Below are positions 26,002 to 38,232 of a DNA stretch of 64,000 bases, piece by piece. The translations under genes and the position numbers were made by a program. Origin of the DNA: Owenia fusiformis (taxonomy: Eukaryota); assembly GCA_903813345.2 (NCBI GenBank), contig CAIIXF020000001.1, positions 38,006,001 to 38,070,000 of the forward strand, read 5' to 3'. The stretch's first letter is position 1. Each line of letters opens with the position of its first letter. The notes below the pieces were generated by a model. It saw only the letters and a program-made list of their open reading frames with translations, had not been told where the DNA came from and did not search any database.

Positions 26002-28851
26002 TATGAGAAATTCTGAAAATTCAGGATTTAATTTTTATAAATGGATTGAAATACTGTATATTCATTCATAAGAGGATGATAAAAATGTGCCATATAGAGA
26101 TCTAAGTTACCATTTGGGTATACAAGTTCTATTTATTTGTTTTAAACACTATTACAAGTACTGTTATGGGTATTGTATGTTTAAGCTGCTTTGAAACCAC
26201 ATTTACTCAAAGCAGTAAAGCCTATCACTGATATTAAAAAAATGAATCCAATAGCAATTTGCTGTGATGCAAAATCCAACCTATGATATTATACAAAAAA
26301 GTAGGCATGTTGATAGATATATTGTAATTTGTTTATACTTGCATGTTTACATCTTAAAAAGCTAAAATGCAAAGAATGGACAGACAGTTATTATTTTATG
26401 GCCTTTTATACCAATAAACAAATGAACAGTTCCATATATCTACTATTATATTTATTCAAAGGTGCAATATGCAATTATTACATTTACTGTACATGTAATA
26501 TAATAATGATCAATCATTCATCAGTTCAAGAGAGAATTAAATGCCTTATATTATTCATGAAGTTTCAGGGGGTACATATGGTCAATAGGGAATGGAATCT
26601 GATTTTTATAGACACCACCATGAGTGGTAACATATTGTTACAGCCACCTACTTTTTGTGACTGGTGTCTGTAACAATTGTTACACTTTTGTAATTGTAAC
26701 CAGGCTGTGACATTTTGCTGTAATGTCTTATTTAAAACAACATTTTCACCAGCTGACAGTCTTTGACATTTCACTGCTGTTTCAGGCAGTCAAATATGCT
26801 TAACGCTAAATTCTACACACGGTCAGCTGTAAGATAGTTTTAGTATGTCTGCTAAACATTTTTAGGAACCCAACATAAAACTTTATACTTTCACATCATC
26901 AGGTGGGAGGGTTGGTGTTGTTACAGATTACAAAATGTATAATGTGTAGAATTAAGTGGAATTTTTTGAGATGTCCTTAATAGATATTTTATTGATAACG
27001 TGTTTATCATAAAATCTTGAACCTCGACTGAGAAAATATTTTTTGTAAATAGTGAATTCATGTATAAGGCAATGAAAGTGTAATATACAGTGGTACAGAT
27101 ATGTGTCATATATCTAGGGAAAATTGATGTGGATATAAAAATCTGTTGGGATCAATGTATATAAAATACTGGCCAGATTAAAAAGTACTATGCAGTAGTG
27201 TAAGGTTGCTTGCATGCATACTCACATAATTGTATGATATTGATATCAAACAACAAATATTTTAACATACCTAAAGTGATTTATTGGAATTAATGCAATT
27301 ATTAGGCAGTACTGAACTGAATATTTAATGGCCCAAGCACAAGACAGTGATGTCTCAAAACACTTCAAAAAATTGTTTATTCCCGATCATAGTTAGCATG
27401 ATATTCATAGGATAACATGTGAAAATAAAAACGGTATTTTTGTAATCAGTGGTAAAATATGATATTTTTGACAAATTTTCACTTAACCATAGCATACGGT
27501 TTTTTAGCCATGACATACGGCGCCGTATGCGATGGTTTATGGATTTTTGCTACTTCAGACTCTCACTCGTGCAGATATCATATCCATTCGTGGATAAAAA
27601 TCATATCACTCATAAATCATAGGATATCCTCTATATATTTTTGAATAATTTGTAAGAAATTTTCAATCTGAGTCTTGGGCTGCCCTAGAGTATCCACTGC
27701 CTGATAAATATGTATGAAATAATGATATCTCTACTTGAGGTATGTTAAAGAGAGACTATTGCACTATCATAGTCACTGTGTCTTCAATAACTTGCAAACA
27801 GGCATTCTCCTACAATTTGGTATCTGGGCCAGCAATTGATGCATTCTGCCTGTGATAGGGTAATAACCTCATATTATATTATATATACTAAGTAATTATT
27901 AGTGCTAAGTTGTTATTATAGTGCTAAATACTTTTCTTTGTTATTTATCTTCCATAGATAAAATTTATTTTCATTTTTATACACTCAGAGAGAGATTGAT
28001 TATTGATAGAGTTAGGCTGTAAGGTGCAAGTTTTTTGTTGAATATGATGTCTTACATGACATTTACAAAAACATCATCTTTTTGTTTTAAACATAGTATG
28101 GTGCTTGATTAGGTTTCTGAAAATTACTTTATTGTTCAGCTAAAATAAGTTCTTTGCGTGACCTTGCTGTTACAATTTTTTTATATTCACGCAAGCACCT
28201 TGGAAATTCTGTTTTATTCAGGGGTTGGAAACGCTTGGCGGATTTTTGTTTGAAAAGCATGCACATGTAGGCGTAGTTTATTTGGTAGTACATGTACATG
28301 TATGTGAACTTTTTGTAGAGTTTTCTTACCTGGCAATAAGATCATCATGTTTCCAGTTCATCAGGGAAACATTCCATTGAATGAAACATTCCATTGTAAT
28401 TGACTGCCATCCATCTTATTTTTCTAGATTTTGGGGTTAACAAAAGAAATGTTCTGATTTTGAGTTTTGGGTGTCAATTTGTAATTGTTGAATGTTTCCC
28501 CGATGTATCAGGAGCATATTGCTGACAGACGATAAAATAAAGCTTCACCTATCTGATTTTTGGAGTAATATGGCGATTATTGTAATGTATTTCCTGTGCA
28601 TGTGACAAAAATACTCCATGCGTTTCCACCTCCTGTTACTGGTCCCAAAAGAAATGTGTCTGATATCATATTTCATATTCTAATTCTTACATTGCTTATA
28701 TTACTAGATAGAATGTTGGGAGTTAAATGTGAATCACTTGTTATAATGTTAAAAGCACCAAAAATTAATATTATATAATAAAGTTGCATGGAATAAAATA
28801 TATTTTAAGTCTAGGATTCTGTTAGTTCGTCAGTTAAATCATCTCCATTAA

Positions 28852-29357
28852 AGCAGATATGAAATGGTATTTTCAACCTCAAGGAAACACTAGACTTTTT
28901 TGATAAATGTATTTGGACATGTTTTCTCATCAGTATTGTGAAAATTATTTCACTCTAACGATCGTTATAGCTGCTTAATAAGCAATATTCGAATAGGTTG
29001 TGATGTTATTGGCCCCCACGTGATCCCTCACTGGTCCCCACGTGGCCCGTTTTGGTCCATTAAATCATGACACCATAATGCCAAGATGTTTTATCATTTG
29101 TTTACACAACAATCATATGGTTCCGGTGATGTCGTGATTAGGAACCAATAAACCAAAACTATTATTATGTATGACGTTACTAATCACGTGGGGGTCAATC
29201 TGATTGATCAGTTAATTTTATTACATTATTTATGACCATTAACAGTTATCTAACATTTCTTTTATAATGGCTATCGCAAGAACTCAACGTTGGGCTTATA
29301 ATGAAGAAACCCGCATTTTTGTAGCTGCAAGTTGAGAAAACCTATTTCATTTGTCCT
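28852..29357. mobile_element. TTAA-flanked non-autonomous element (Kolobok-like), copy 1
   Basis: TTAA|AG...CCT|TTAA; reverse-complement match along its length to 44750-45260. Confidence 0.75.
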
Positions 29358-29396
29358 TTAAAGGAAAATCTGCCTTCGATTCTGTAGCTACATGTA

Positions 29397-30328
29397 CAGG
29401 GTGGTCCAAAATATTGGAAAAAACTTTTGAGATTTCTCCCCAATACACCATTTTTATTTCAGTCTTGCCTTTTCGATGCTTTAACCCTTAACCTTTTACA
29501 CCTCATAATCAATAATACCTCATATTTCGATGACAGCCTGTATCTTTACTGCTACATTGTTCATCACATTTGATAATAATTCTGGTGGAATGTTTTGGAT
29601 TTATCTTTGGATGTTGCCCTTAAGTTGTTCTTGGTCTTTTTGCTTGGAATGGGCATTAAAACACTCCTTTAAATAACCACAGAGAAAGATGTTTGGTGAT
29701 GGTGATGGCAGAACAAACACAGAGAATCAGGTCAAGTATCGGCAAATGCTTCAGGAGTTACCTTCCAGAGTTACGCAGGCTAGCCTGGAGACCAAATGAT
29801 ATCCAAATGAAAACACAGTGGTGTCAAATTGATTGAGCTCCTCTACACACAACAAATGCTACAAAAGAATCCAAACCGATGCAGTTTCTTGAAACGTCTG
29901 ACCTCTCTGTATATAGGGGCTATAAGACATTGTGAGAGCCTCCCTTTTCACCAGATTTGATGGCCCATACTTTTTCTCTGGGGCTATTTGAAGGACCATT
30001 TGTATGCTAAACCCAAGTTAAGAGACCTAGAACAACTTAAGACCAGCATCCAAACAGAAATCAAAACATTCCACCAGAAATATCAAATGTGATGAAAAAT
30101 GTAGTAGTAAGAATGCAGACTGTCATTGAAATATGAGGTTACATTGATTATATGGTGTAAAAGGTAAAGGGGTTAAAGTATCAAAAAGGCAAAACTGAAT
30201 TAAAAACTGTATACAGGGGGAAAAACTTACATGTTTTGACTACAAGACCATGCAAAAAATATCTAAAAATATTGATTGGTTTGTCTATGCTGTTAATATA
30301 CTTTTGGGTACATTGTTTGAGACACCCT
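29397..30328. mobile_element. Decayed Tc1/mariner derivative with transposase 3' remnants in both arms
   Basis: TA|cagggtg terminus. SPDL..FLWGYLKDHLYA on + at ~29948-30010 and FLCGYLK on - at ~29665-29690. Arms ~29400-29700 and ~29950-30260 are inverted. Confidence 0.65.
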
Positions 30329-31504
30329 ATGCACTGTACATGACTTCATGTTTAGCTATTTCAGCTATCGGGCCATCTTTGACTTCACATAGAAAATTTC
30401 TCTTGATAGCGATATTCTCTCTTCCAAAATAAAATTAAAGTATTTTGAATAACCACTTTGATTGAAAACATTCTAGCTACAATGAATGAATGAATCCGCC
30501 AATATATCCTAGATTCTTTGGTGTAGCAGCTTTATTTGAAATTCAGTCTTTTGTGTTTAAATGTATCATATTCCACTTTTGCTATAGGTTTTTGCATACA
30601 TGTATACTGGAATGATGTCAGTAGTTTAAAATTTAGGAAAATGAATAGGCATAATATTGCAATTCAAAACCAATAAGGCTGCCATTTAGAAAGTTATCAT
30701 AATGAGTAAAATATCAAAATTCAGAATTGTTCAGTATAATGCATATTTCTGTCTGAAAAAATGATATTCCATACACGGACACAAGATATCTCAGCTTATA
30801 CATCAGATTGATTCAGTACTGTGCATATTCATGACAAATTTGAACCAAAGGTGGGTGTAACCATAGTTACAGTGTTTGTAGCTCCTATAGCAATCACAAG
30901 ATTTGTGAAGATGGTGGACAACTAAGGTAAGTTTTTGCTCTCTCCTGTCTTGGTTAGTTTGCTAATTGGTAATAAATATCACAAAATATAATAATTAATA
31001 GTCTTAATGATGTTTTTGAAATTTAGATTGGAAGTCAGATTACTTTGTTTAAAAATATATTTCAGGTTTTTTATAAAAAAGGTTTATGCAACATATCAGA
31101 TCAAAGAAGGTAGTAGAACTCAAGGAAAAATATATTTATGTTAATTTTTCAATTTTTTATGGAAAGTAATAATGATATTTTTCTAAAAAGTGTAGGTTGG
31201 CTGATCTGTATTGATTCAACAAATACAAGTTTGAGTAGCTGTAAGCAGCTGAGAGTAAGTAAAGGTGAGCAAACTATTGTAAAGTTATATGAAAAATTTA
31301 TGCAAAACATAATCACCAAGTAATAAATGGAAACATGCATTCAATCATTTGCATTCTTGTTTGACTATTATTTATTCCAAGTAAACACCTGTCCATAAAA
31401 TGATTAACTACATGTATATATATATTTATCCCATATTTCGTAGTGTTATAGGTAAATAACATGCGGGTATATAACCGATATCTGAGCTAAGCGGGTGATA
31501 TATA

Positions 31505-32773
31505 CAGGGTGGGCCAAAAAAAATGCCACTTTTTTTCAAAATGCTATAACTTTTTTATTTAATTTTTGATAGAAAATTATAATTTGCATACCAAATATGT
31601 CACCAGCGTCTCTCTTAACCTTCTGCACTCTGACTTATTTCAGCAAATATATCCCACGCATCTGACTTATTTTTCAAAAATGATATGCCTGGACTAAATA
31701 ATTAATATCTCGATAACTACTGAATGAATCTGGATAAAATTTTCACAAAGGGAAGATACACTAGCGTGGCTCATGAGAAAAATGTTCTCATGAATTTTTT
31801 TCGTACATAAACACGACTGGGCATAAATATACCATGAATACTCCTCCGGAATCCGCCGTTTCACCCCTCGGGAGATTCAACGTCTGGTCAGAATCCAAAA
31901 CTGAATTTGCAGCGATCGAATGTTCATCTTTTCAGTTCAGAAAATATTCTAGTTTCTATTTTCGATGACCATTATCGGCTTCCAAGAGCCTAAAGAGCTC
32001 GAAAATCGCAATCCATTTCCTCCACATTTTCGTTGTGATCGTATTTTGCCGTCATTTTGTACGATTTGTTCACTAAAAACGACTTAAACACTGTTTAAAT
32101 TGTTGAATTAAGAAATATTTTTCGAAACATCGCCATCTCTAGGTCAACAGGAAGTCACCTACTAAGGACTGAATAAATCGGGCAATCTAATTGGATCATA
32201 AGAACGGCGGGAAAAAGTAAAGTTTTCAAAAGTTAGATTTGTGTCGTCCGGATCCGCCGGTGGATTCTGGCGGTAGTTTTGAATGGGCGGATGCGGTCGC
32301 CGGTGGTCTGCTAAAGGTTAAACATGTGGTGTGTCATGAGAAATAGGCATAATTTGCAAAATGTTCCTGAACTGATACGGTCTGATGATCGCCAAGCTAA
32401 TAGCCCTGATGCGAACACTAGTGAGTATAGGGTATGGAAAGGTCTCCAGTAGATTGTATGAAGGCACCCAATCTAGAAAATTGCCCAACTAAAGCTGACA
32501 ATTAAGACAGGTTGAAAGAAACTTAGCTAACACTTCACGGATACTGATTTATCAGCAAGGCAACTAAGACTAAAATCTATCATCAAAGAGGGTGGCGGAC
32601 CAATTGAACTCCTCTTTTAGATCAAATATAATTCAAGTTGAAGGGCTTGTTACATTATATTATTACTAAGAACCCCTGGCACTATACAACTTCAAAATTT
32701 GGGGTATATAGGTTGGAAAATAAAAAAGTTATAGTGTCTTGAAAAAAAGTGGCGTTTTTTTTGGCCCACCCTG
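31505..32773 (+). mobile_element. Internally deleted Tc1/mariner element
   Basis: ~55-bp TIRs TA|cagggtgggccaaaaaaaa ... tttttttggcccaccctg|TA. Transposase remnants NSPDANTSEYRVW and RLKSIIKEGGGPIE at ~32399-32610. Confidence 0.85.
31619..32317. mobile_element. piggyBac-like non-autonomous insert nested in the Tc1 element
   Basis: TTAA|CCTT..GCA ... TGC..AAGG|TTAA. Confidence 0.55.
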
Positions 32774-33572
32774 TATATCTCCCGATGAGGTGAGCGGGAG
32801 ATATATATATCACGGGCTCATCAGCAATCCCCGGGAATTTCTTTCTGTGCTTTTTTGAATTCCCGGGATATAATCTGGCTCTATTTGATAAATATTAATT
32901 TTGTACACTGTCAAATGTTAAAAGCTGTTGAATTTTAAAAAACAAAAATTGTTGAGGACTTTAAATTGAGATAAAATATTCATGTTTTGATTGTAATTAT
33001 CGTTTGTAATTATTACATTAGGGTTTCCTAACATTCAATGCATATTTAATTCTCATAATCTACCTAAATCAGTTATTGAATTCTCGATTTTTGATACAGG
33101 GTACATCCCTCGGTAAATACAATATATCAACCCTTGGTCCCTGCAGTCCCTTGGGTAGATATATTGTATTTCCCTCAGATATACCCTGTATCAAAAACCT
33201 CCCATCAAATAACCTCTTTATATTCATGGTTGTACTTGCCATACTGATCCATTGCTTAGATACAGCAAATCACTTAATACGATGACCAAAGATATTAACA
33301 TGACCAAGCATCAATGACAGTATGGTTGCATAACAGGATTATGAAATGTCTCTGAAATGAAGCAGATCTAATTGGGATTATTGACTGAATGATATAAAAT
33401 AATAATGTTTTGATCATAACAGAGTGTATTCACAAATGTGTTGTTCCACAAAGTAAACATAAAGATGATATTTGTTAATCTACGTAAGCTATTTATTTGA
33501 AGATATCTGTACTAAAGGAACATAAATAGGCATATTCATGTCATGTGTCAGATAACTCCATTTGTTTTTCAT

Positions 33573-33773
33573 TTAAGGTTTAGCTGTGGCGGTAGTATTC
33601 TTTCCCTTCTTGTTTTTATTCTTGTTTTTATTTTTGTTCTTGACCTGACAGTTATCCTCCACTCTATATTTCTCCACACAATCTTCCGTCAAACAGGATT
33701 CCCGGCAGTCATCTGCATTGCATTTTTTCTTCAACCTCCTCAAAACTACTTTTGGATCTTCAGGTTCACCTCT
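33573..33773 (-). CDS. Putative serpin terminal exon 4 (Cys-rich part 2 and KN-repeat basic tail)
   Basis: tctcattattccag| in phase 0 gives RGEPEDPKVVLRRLKKKCNADDCRESCLTEDCVEKYRVEDNCQVKNKNKNKNKNKKGKNTTATAKP then stop. AATAAA on the minus strand at ~33492-33497. Confidence 0.6.
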   Translation of the reverse strand, partial: RGEPEDPKVVLRRLKKKCNADDCRESCLTEDCVEKYRVEDNCQVKNKNKNKNKNKKGKNTTATAKP

Positions 33774-34049
33774 CTGGAATAATGAGATATGTATAAGATA
33801 TTGCATTAACTAGTAATGGGTACCTGTACAACAATGTCCATTCTTAATCAGTTCAAAACAGTTATTGTGGACTTACAGCTTATTAAAACTGACTACATGT
33901 ACATGTATATGTCCCACTGTGTATTACTGAATGTTTGAATGTTATATTTAAGGAATAAATAGTACCCCAGACAGGCTGAATGTTGCAGTCATGTTTTTAC
34001 TCTATATTTGCAATAGAACAACCATTCTCATTATTTTCATGTTTTATTT

Positions 34050-34840
34050 GAGACAATTTCCAACATGGAAAAAAAATATTTTAACAAAATTCCTAAATTT
34101 TGGCGGCCTAAAGTCTTTCCAGATGTATTTGATGCCATATTAATTATTGCTGATTATTGTTATTCATTTTGTCATATTCACTAATATTATTGCAGTGCAT
34201 TAGGCCAATGAAAAACATGTCACTCTGAGTCACGTTTCCTCTGATAACGCACCTTTTTTTGCCACCGTCACTCAGCATGCAACCCTGTGGCACGTAAATT
34301 GTACCATTTGAATATGTCAGGTTTCCCTGACAATTTCATGAAAGAATTTGACACAGCTATATAAACACCTCTGAAGGATCTAATGCCGGGAATACTTGAA
34401 GTTGGAGAATTGTAACGTTTGAATTCATTTTGGACAGTATTGAACATTTTGATTGGGTTGAACTCGTGTCCGTTGACAAGAAGATAGACCTCCTCTATGT
34501 GCTACTTGGGTGGGCTTAATCTAGGGAACGCTTCACAAAACAAGACCCAGAGCAACAAGTTTTTTATTCGCCTAATGCACTGTAATAATATTGAATATGA
34601 CTAAAGTGAATAACAATAATCAGCCATAATTGTAAATATGGCAACAAATATATCTGGAAAGATTTTAAACGGCCGAAAATTCAATAGCCAGACAATATTT
34701 GAAATGACGTTAAAAGATCAATTGTTCAAGCAAAAACCTGTATTTTTTGACAGTGGAGTGTTTTTGAAAAAAGCCTGTCAAAATCATAAAATTGGAAATT
34801 TTGATAAAATATTTATTTTCCATGTTGGAAATTGTCTCTA
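34050..34840. mobile_element. Foldback/MITE in putative serpin intron 3
   Basis: gagacaatttccaacatggaaaa / ttttccatgttggaaattgtctc, plus inner arms attattgcagtgcattaggc / gcctaatgcactgtaataat. Confidence 0.7.
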
Positions 34841-35004
34841 GAATAAATCTTGAAAATTTCAAAAAGAATGGATGTGTTTTCTTAAACATTATAGAGAAAA
34901 GAATATATATCTATCTCAAATTATATTGTTACCATTCAAAAGATGACCATTAAATTGACAATGTGTAAAATTTTCAGATTTTTTTGATGTTCATAATAAC
35001 ATAC

Positions 35005-35123
35005 CCTTTTTGTAGGATCCCTGAACTGGAATTTGCATCCACAACATTGCTTAGCTGGAGTACCATTAAACATCTTCATACAGGGCTCACTAGTCATGCA
35101 AGACTTAACCTTTTTGGCAATGG
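35005..35123 (-). CDS. Putative serpin exon 3 (Cys-rich extension, part 1)
   Basis: ttattccttatag| acceptor and AGG|GTATGT donor. Open frame KKVKSCMTSEPCMKMFNGTPAKQCCGCKFQFRDPTKR ends in phase 0. Confidence 0.6.
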
Positions 35124-35321
35124 CTATAAGGAATAATACCAGTGAGTATAAAACAATGAACATTACATTACAAATATATTAATATTAGAGAAAAGTTAGA
35201 TTTAGTCATGGATTTCATGATGTTATAGCACCAAAAATAGTCTTATAAATAATAACTTCATGAACTTCTCTCATTTGTCCATTATGTTAATTGCCTAGTT
35301 CATGTGTCACTCATAACTCAC

Positions 35322-35471
35322 TTGCTTTGGTAATATGCCCCATGAACAATATGACTTTTGATTTTTTGTGGCGTATCAAAAATAAGAATGGTCTGTCCAC
35401 CCTTAAGGTCACAGGTCCACCTCCAATACTTATTGCTTGGGCTAAGACCGTCACTGCAGCTGCTTCTGTCC
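35322..35471 (-). CDS. Serpin exon 2: hinge, RCL and serpin signature
   Basis: ctttcag| in phase 1 gives G-TEAAAVTVLAQAISIGGGPVTLRVDRPFLFLIRHKKSKVILFMGHITK. The 3' boundary is ambiguous: GC donor after 35326, GT donor after 35322, or read-through to the stop at 35311. Confidence 0.92.
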
Positions 35472-35512
35472 CTGAAAGCATTAAAATAGATACGAGTAAG
35501 ATTGAAACTTGC

Positions 35513-35652
35513 TTTTGTGATATGTCCAGTAAACAAGATGGTCCTTGACAACTCCAGGGGAATGAACAATAAGAATGATCAGTAAATTCTGATAGCCCCC
35601 CCATTTTAATTATTATTGAAGTCGTTGTGAATGTTGTGATATTTCAGTAGAT
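35513..35652 (-). pseudogene. Degenerate duplicate of the serpin RCL exon (pseudo-exon)
   Basis: Two frameshifted pieces read TE..ITTFTTTSIIIKMGGLSEFTD / FLLFIPLELSRTILFTGHITK|gcaagt, colinear with exon 2 (..DRPFLFLI..SKVILFMGHITK|gcaagt). The acceptor looks mutated (ttttcaa). Confidence 0.7.
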
Positions 35653-35774
35653 TTGAAAAGTTTATCTCTACAAACATTTCACTTTTTGGACCACCCATAC
35701 ATAGTTAATGTTATTGTTGCTGGTTTTAAGGTTTTACAAATGTTAATCTGTTTTCACTAAGCTAGTATTTTACA

Positions 35775-36102
35775 TAAAGGTATCACGGAACAAAAGAAAA
35801 TCGGAACAGTTCGGAACATTTGGTTTCGGAACGGAACAATTTCAGAATGGTTTGGAACAGAGTGACTGCATCTATTACATTAAAATAAGTTCTTCAAAAC
35901 TCTTCAATGAGAAATGGTGAAAATATGAACTTCTTTCAGTGCAAAAAATGTTGTTTTGTGGTGATTTTAGGACCAAAAGCTGTGAAAGGGTAAGATTTTC
36001 TTGTTTCAGAACCGAATCGAAATGTTGAATTTTTGTTCTGTGTTCCGTTCCGAGAGCCTAATTCCTTGGATCGGAACGAAATAGGGTATTGTGACACTTC
36101 TA
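35775..36102. mobile_element. hAT-type MITE in serpin intron 1
   Basis: taaaggtatcac / gtgacacttcta termini, cggaac subterminal repeats, exact 8-bp TSD ATTTTACA (35767-35774, 36103-36110). Confidence 0.8.
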
Positions 36103-36195
36103 ATTTTACAAGCCCTTGTTAATTTGAAAAACTCTTCTTAAAAAGAATTCTTATTGATTACAATTAATGGTTCAATGAATCTTATGTTACTTTAC

Positions 36196-37309
36196 CTTCT
36201 TCATTAACTTCAACAAATGTCTGGTGGATGACTTTGTTAAAAAACAGACCACATGTGTCCGAATTATGACAGATTCTAGAGAAATTAGCTACAAAAGAAA
36301 ACACATCCACCATCCCAAGATTTCTCAGATGTCCTACCAACTCAGATCTCCATTTAATCAGCAATTTTGGGAAGTACAGATTCACCTCGCGATTGTCTTC
36401 TGTAAAGTTATGGCAGTCAATTTCTTTTTGTATAGATGCTAACTTGGTTGCGTTAAGTTTCTCCTCAAGGTCTTTTAGTGTTTTGAGTCCGTCCCCACTG
36501 TTACTCACTGGAAGCATTATGATCATACTGACTTCATCTCCTTTGTAGGGTAGTTCAAGAATATGGGCATCAAGGTCTTTATCTTTAATATATACATGTC
36601 TTTGGCTCTCATTAAAGCTTTGCATCATCATATTCACAGTAATTCTCTTACCAGGAGAGTAAAATGGAGCAGGCTTTGTGTTTTTGGTATCAAATGTATG
36701 TTTCCAGTCAGCTTTGAAGTATATGGCATTGACAAGAATTAGAATAGTTAAAGAGTTTACATCAACTGAACTTAGGACATCTTTCAGCTTGCCTTCTGTC
36801 TTATTTGATATCCATTCATTTATTTCTTTAAGAGCCACACTTGCTTGGTGAGCATAATCATATTCTTTAATCTGAGCACTGTAGTAGTTAATAACATCAT
36901 CCAAATATGTTTGGTCAATTTTAAATTTAGAATTTGGGAAAAGATTGTTTGCAGATTTAAGGACGTACTGTGTGTTTCTTCCATTTATATCATTTAATAA
37001 CTGTCTAAATAAACAATGGTAATTTTGACCACTCTTAAATTTCAAGGTGTTTTCCATTTGTCTAGCTGTATTTCCTCCAGTTCCCAGTTGAGCCATAGCC
37101 AAGGCTGTAGAGATGCTGAATGGACTAAAGAAAATATTCTCATCAGTTGCGTTATTGTTTAACATTTCCTTTAGCAAGTCCATAGCAAAACTATTGATTG
37201 AATGTTCCAAACTCTTGATTGGATACTGATGTTCATCATCACATTGCCCAGAAACGTGATATATTTGCAGGCAGAGGATACCTATAACCAATATAAATAC
37301 CTCCTTCAT
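36196..37309 (-). CDS. Secreted serpin, coding exon 1 (signal peptide and serpin body up to the hinge)
   Basis: Hydrophobic N-terminus (MKEVFILVIGILCLQIYHVSG). Serpin motifs NIFFSPFSISTALAM..LG..G.TA.QM, INEWI..KTEGK, LILVNAIYFKADW...F, LELPYKG.EVSMII.LP, V.L..PK, VIHQTFVEVNEEG. Donor GAAG|GTAAAG. Confidence 0.95.
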
Positions 37310-38232
37310 TCTCTAAATCTTGAATTGTTGTGTCAGTGGAAATTGATGTACGCAGTTCAGTTGATTGTAGGAGCTAGTGATATACTTTGTTTAGCTCTAA
37401 ACCCTAATGAAGCTTCAAATTATGTATGGCTTATTCAAGTTATTTAATGATTTGTTTGCTAATATAATATCATTGAGATTCATAGCTATATCCTTTTAAC
37501 GTTAGCTATGCCATGATGCCTTTTTGATATTTATTCTTGATTTTTCTGAATTGTTATTTGGTCACTCATTAAAATTATGTAAGTATAATTAAAGTTATTT
37601 TGTTGTACTTAGTTATATGATTATTTCTTGGTGATTTCTTGTTGATTTAAATAGAATATAGTGTAAGAATATATACATTATGTATGTTATTTAAATTGTG
37701 GTATTTGCCTCGAATATTAAATATGCATGTTATATGTGTTTTTGTTTAACCAGACAATTAATTTATTCTATACAACAGATATCAATTTAATTGTGCCATG
37801 TAAGCATATAACGAGGATAGAAGCGGCACTGTTATATGTCTAATCGTAAGTTAAGTTAATACCCAAGTTTTGTCAAAACCCAAGCTCCATTTGGTGCCTC
37901 ATCCATTATCAATTCTGTCAAATAATTCAATGATATGATAATCTAAGTGCAGCTGACAAAGTGACAAGCTGGAAGGATTGGTATCGATATGGAGAACTGA
38001 ATTCAACAATGTTTTTCTCTTAAACCAATCATTGAAAACATTCTGTAAAAAAACACTGTATTTTATGTAATGTGGACTGATTGACAACAATCTAATGCGG
38101 AAATTATTTAGAAATATTTTATATAACTGTTTTTGTTAACATTTTTTGTTTTTTTTAGTGCAATTGTTTTTGCTCTTTTCTACCAATTCTTGAGAATGAA
38201 ATAAAATGTCTTTCTGAACAAAATAGCATACA

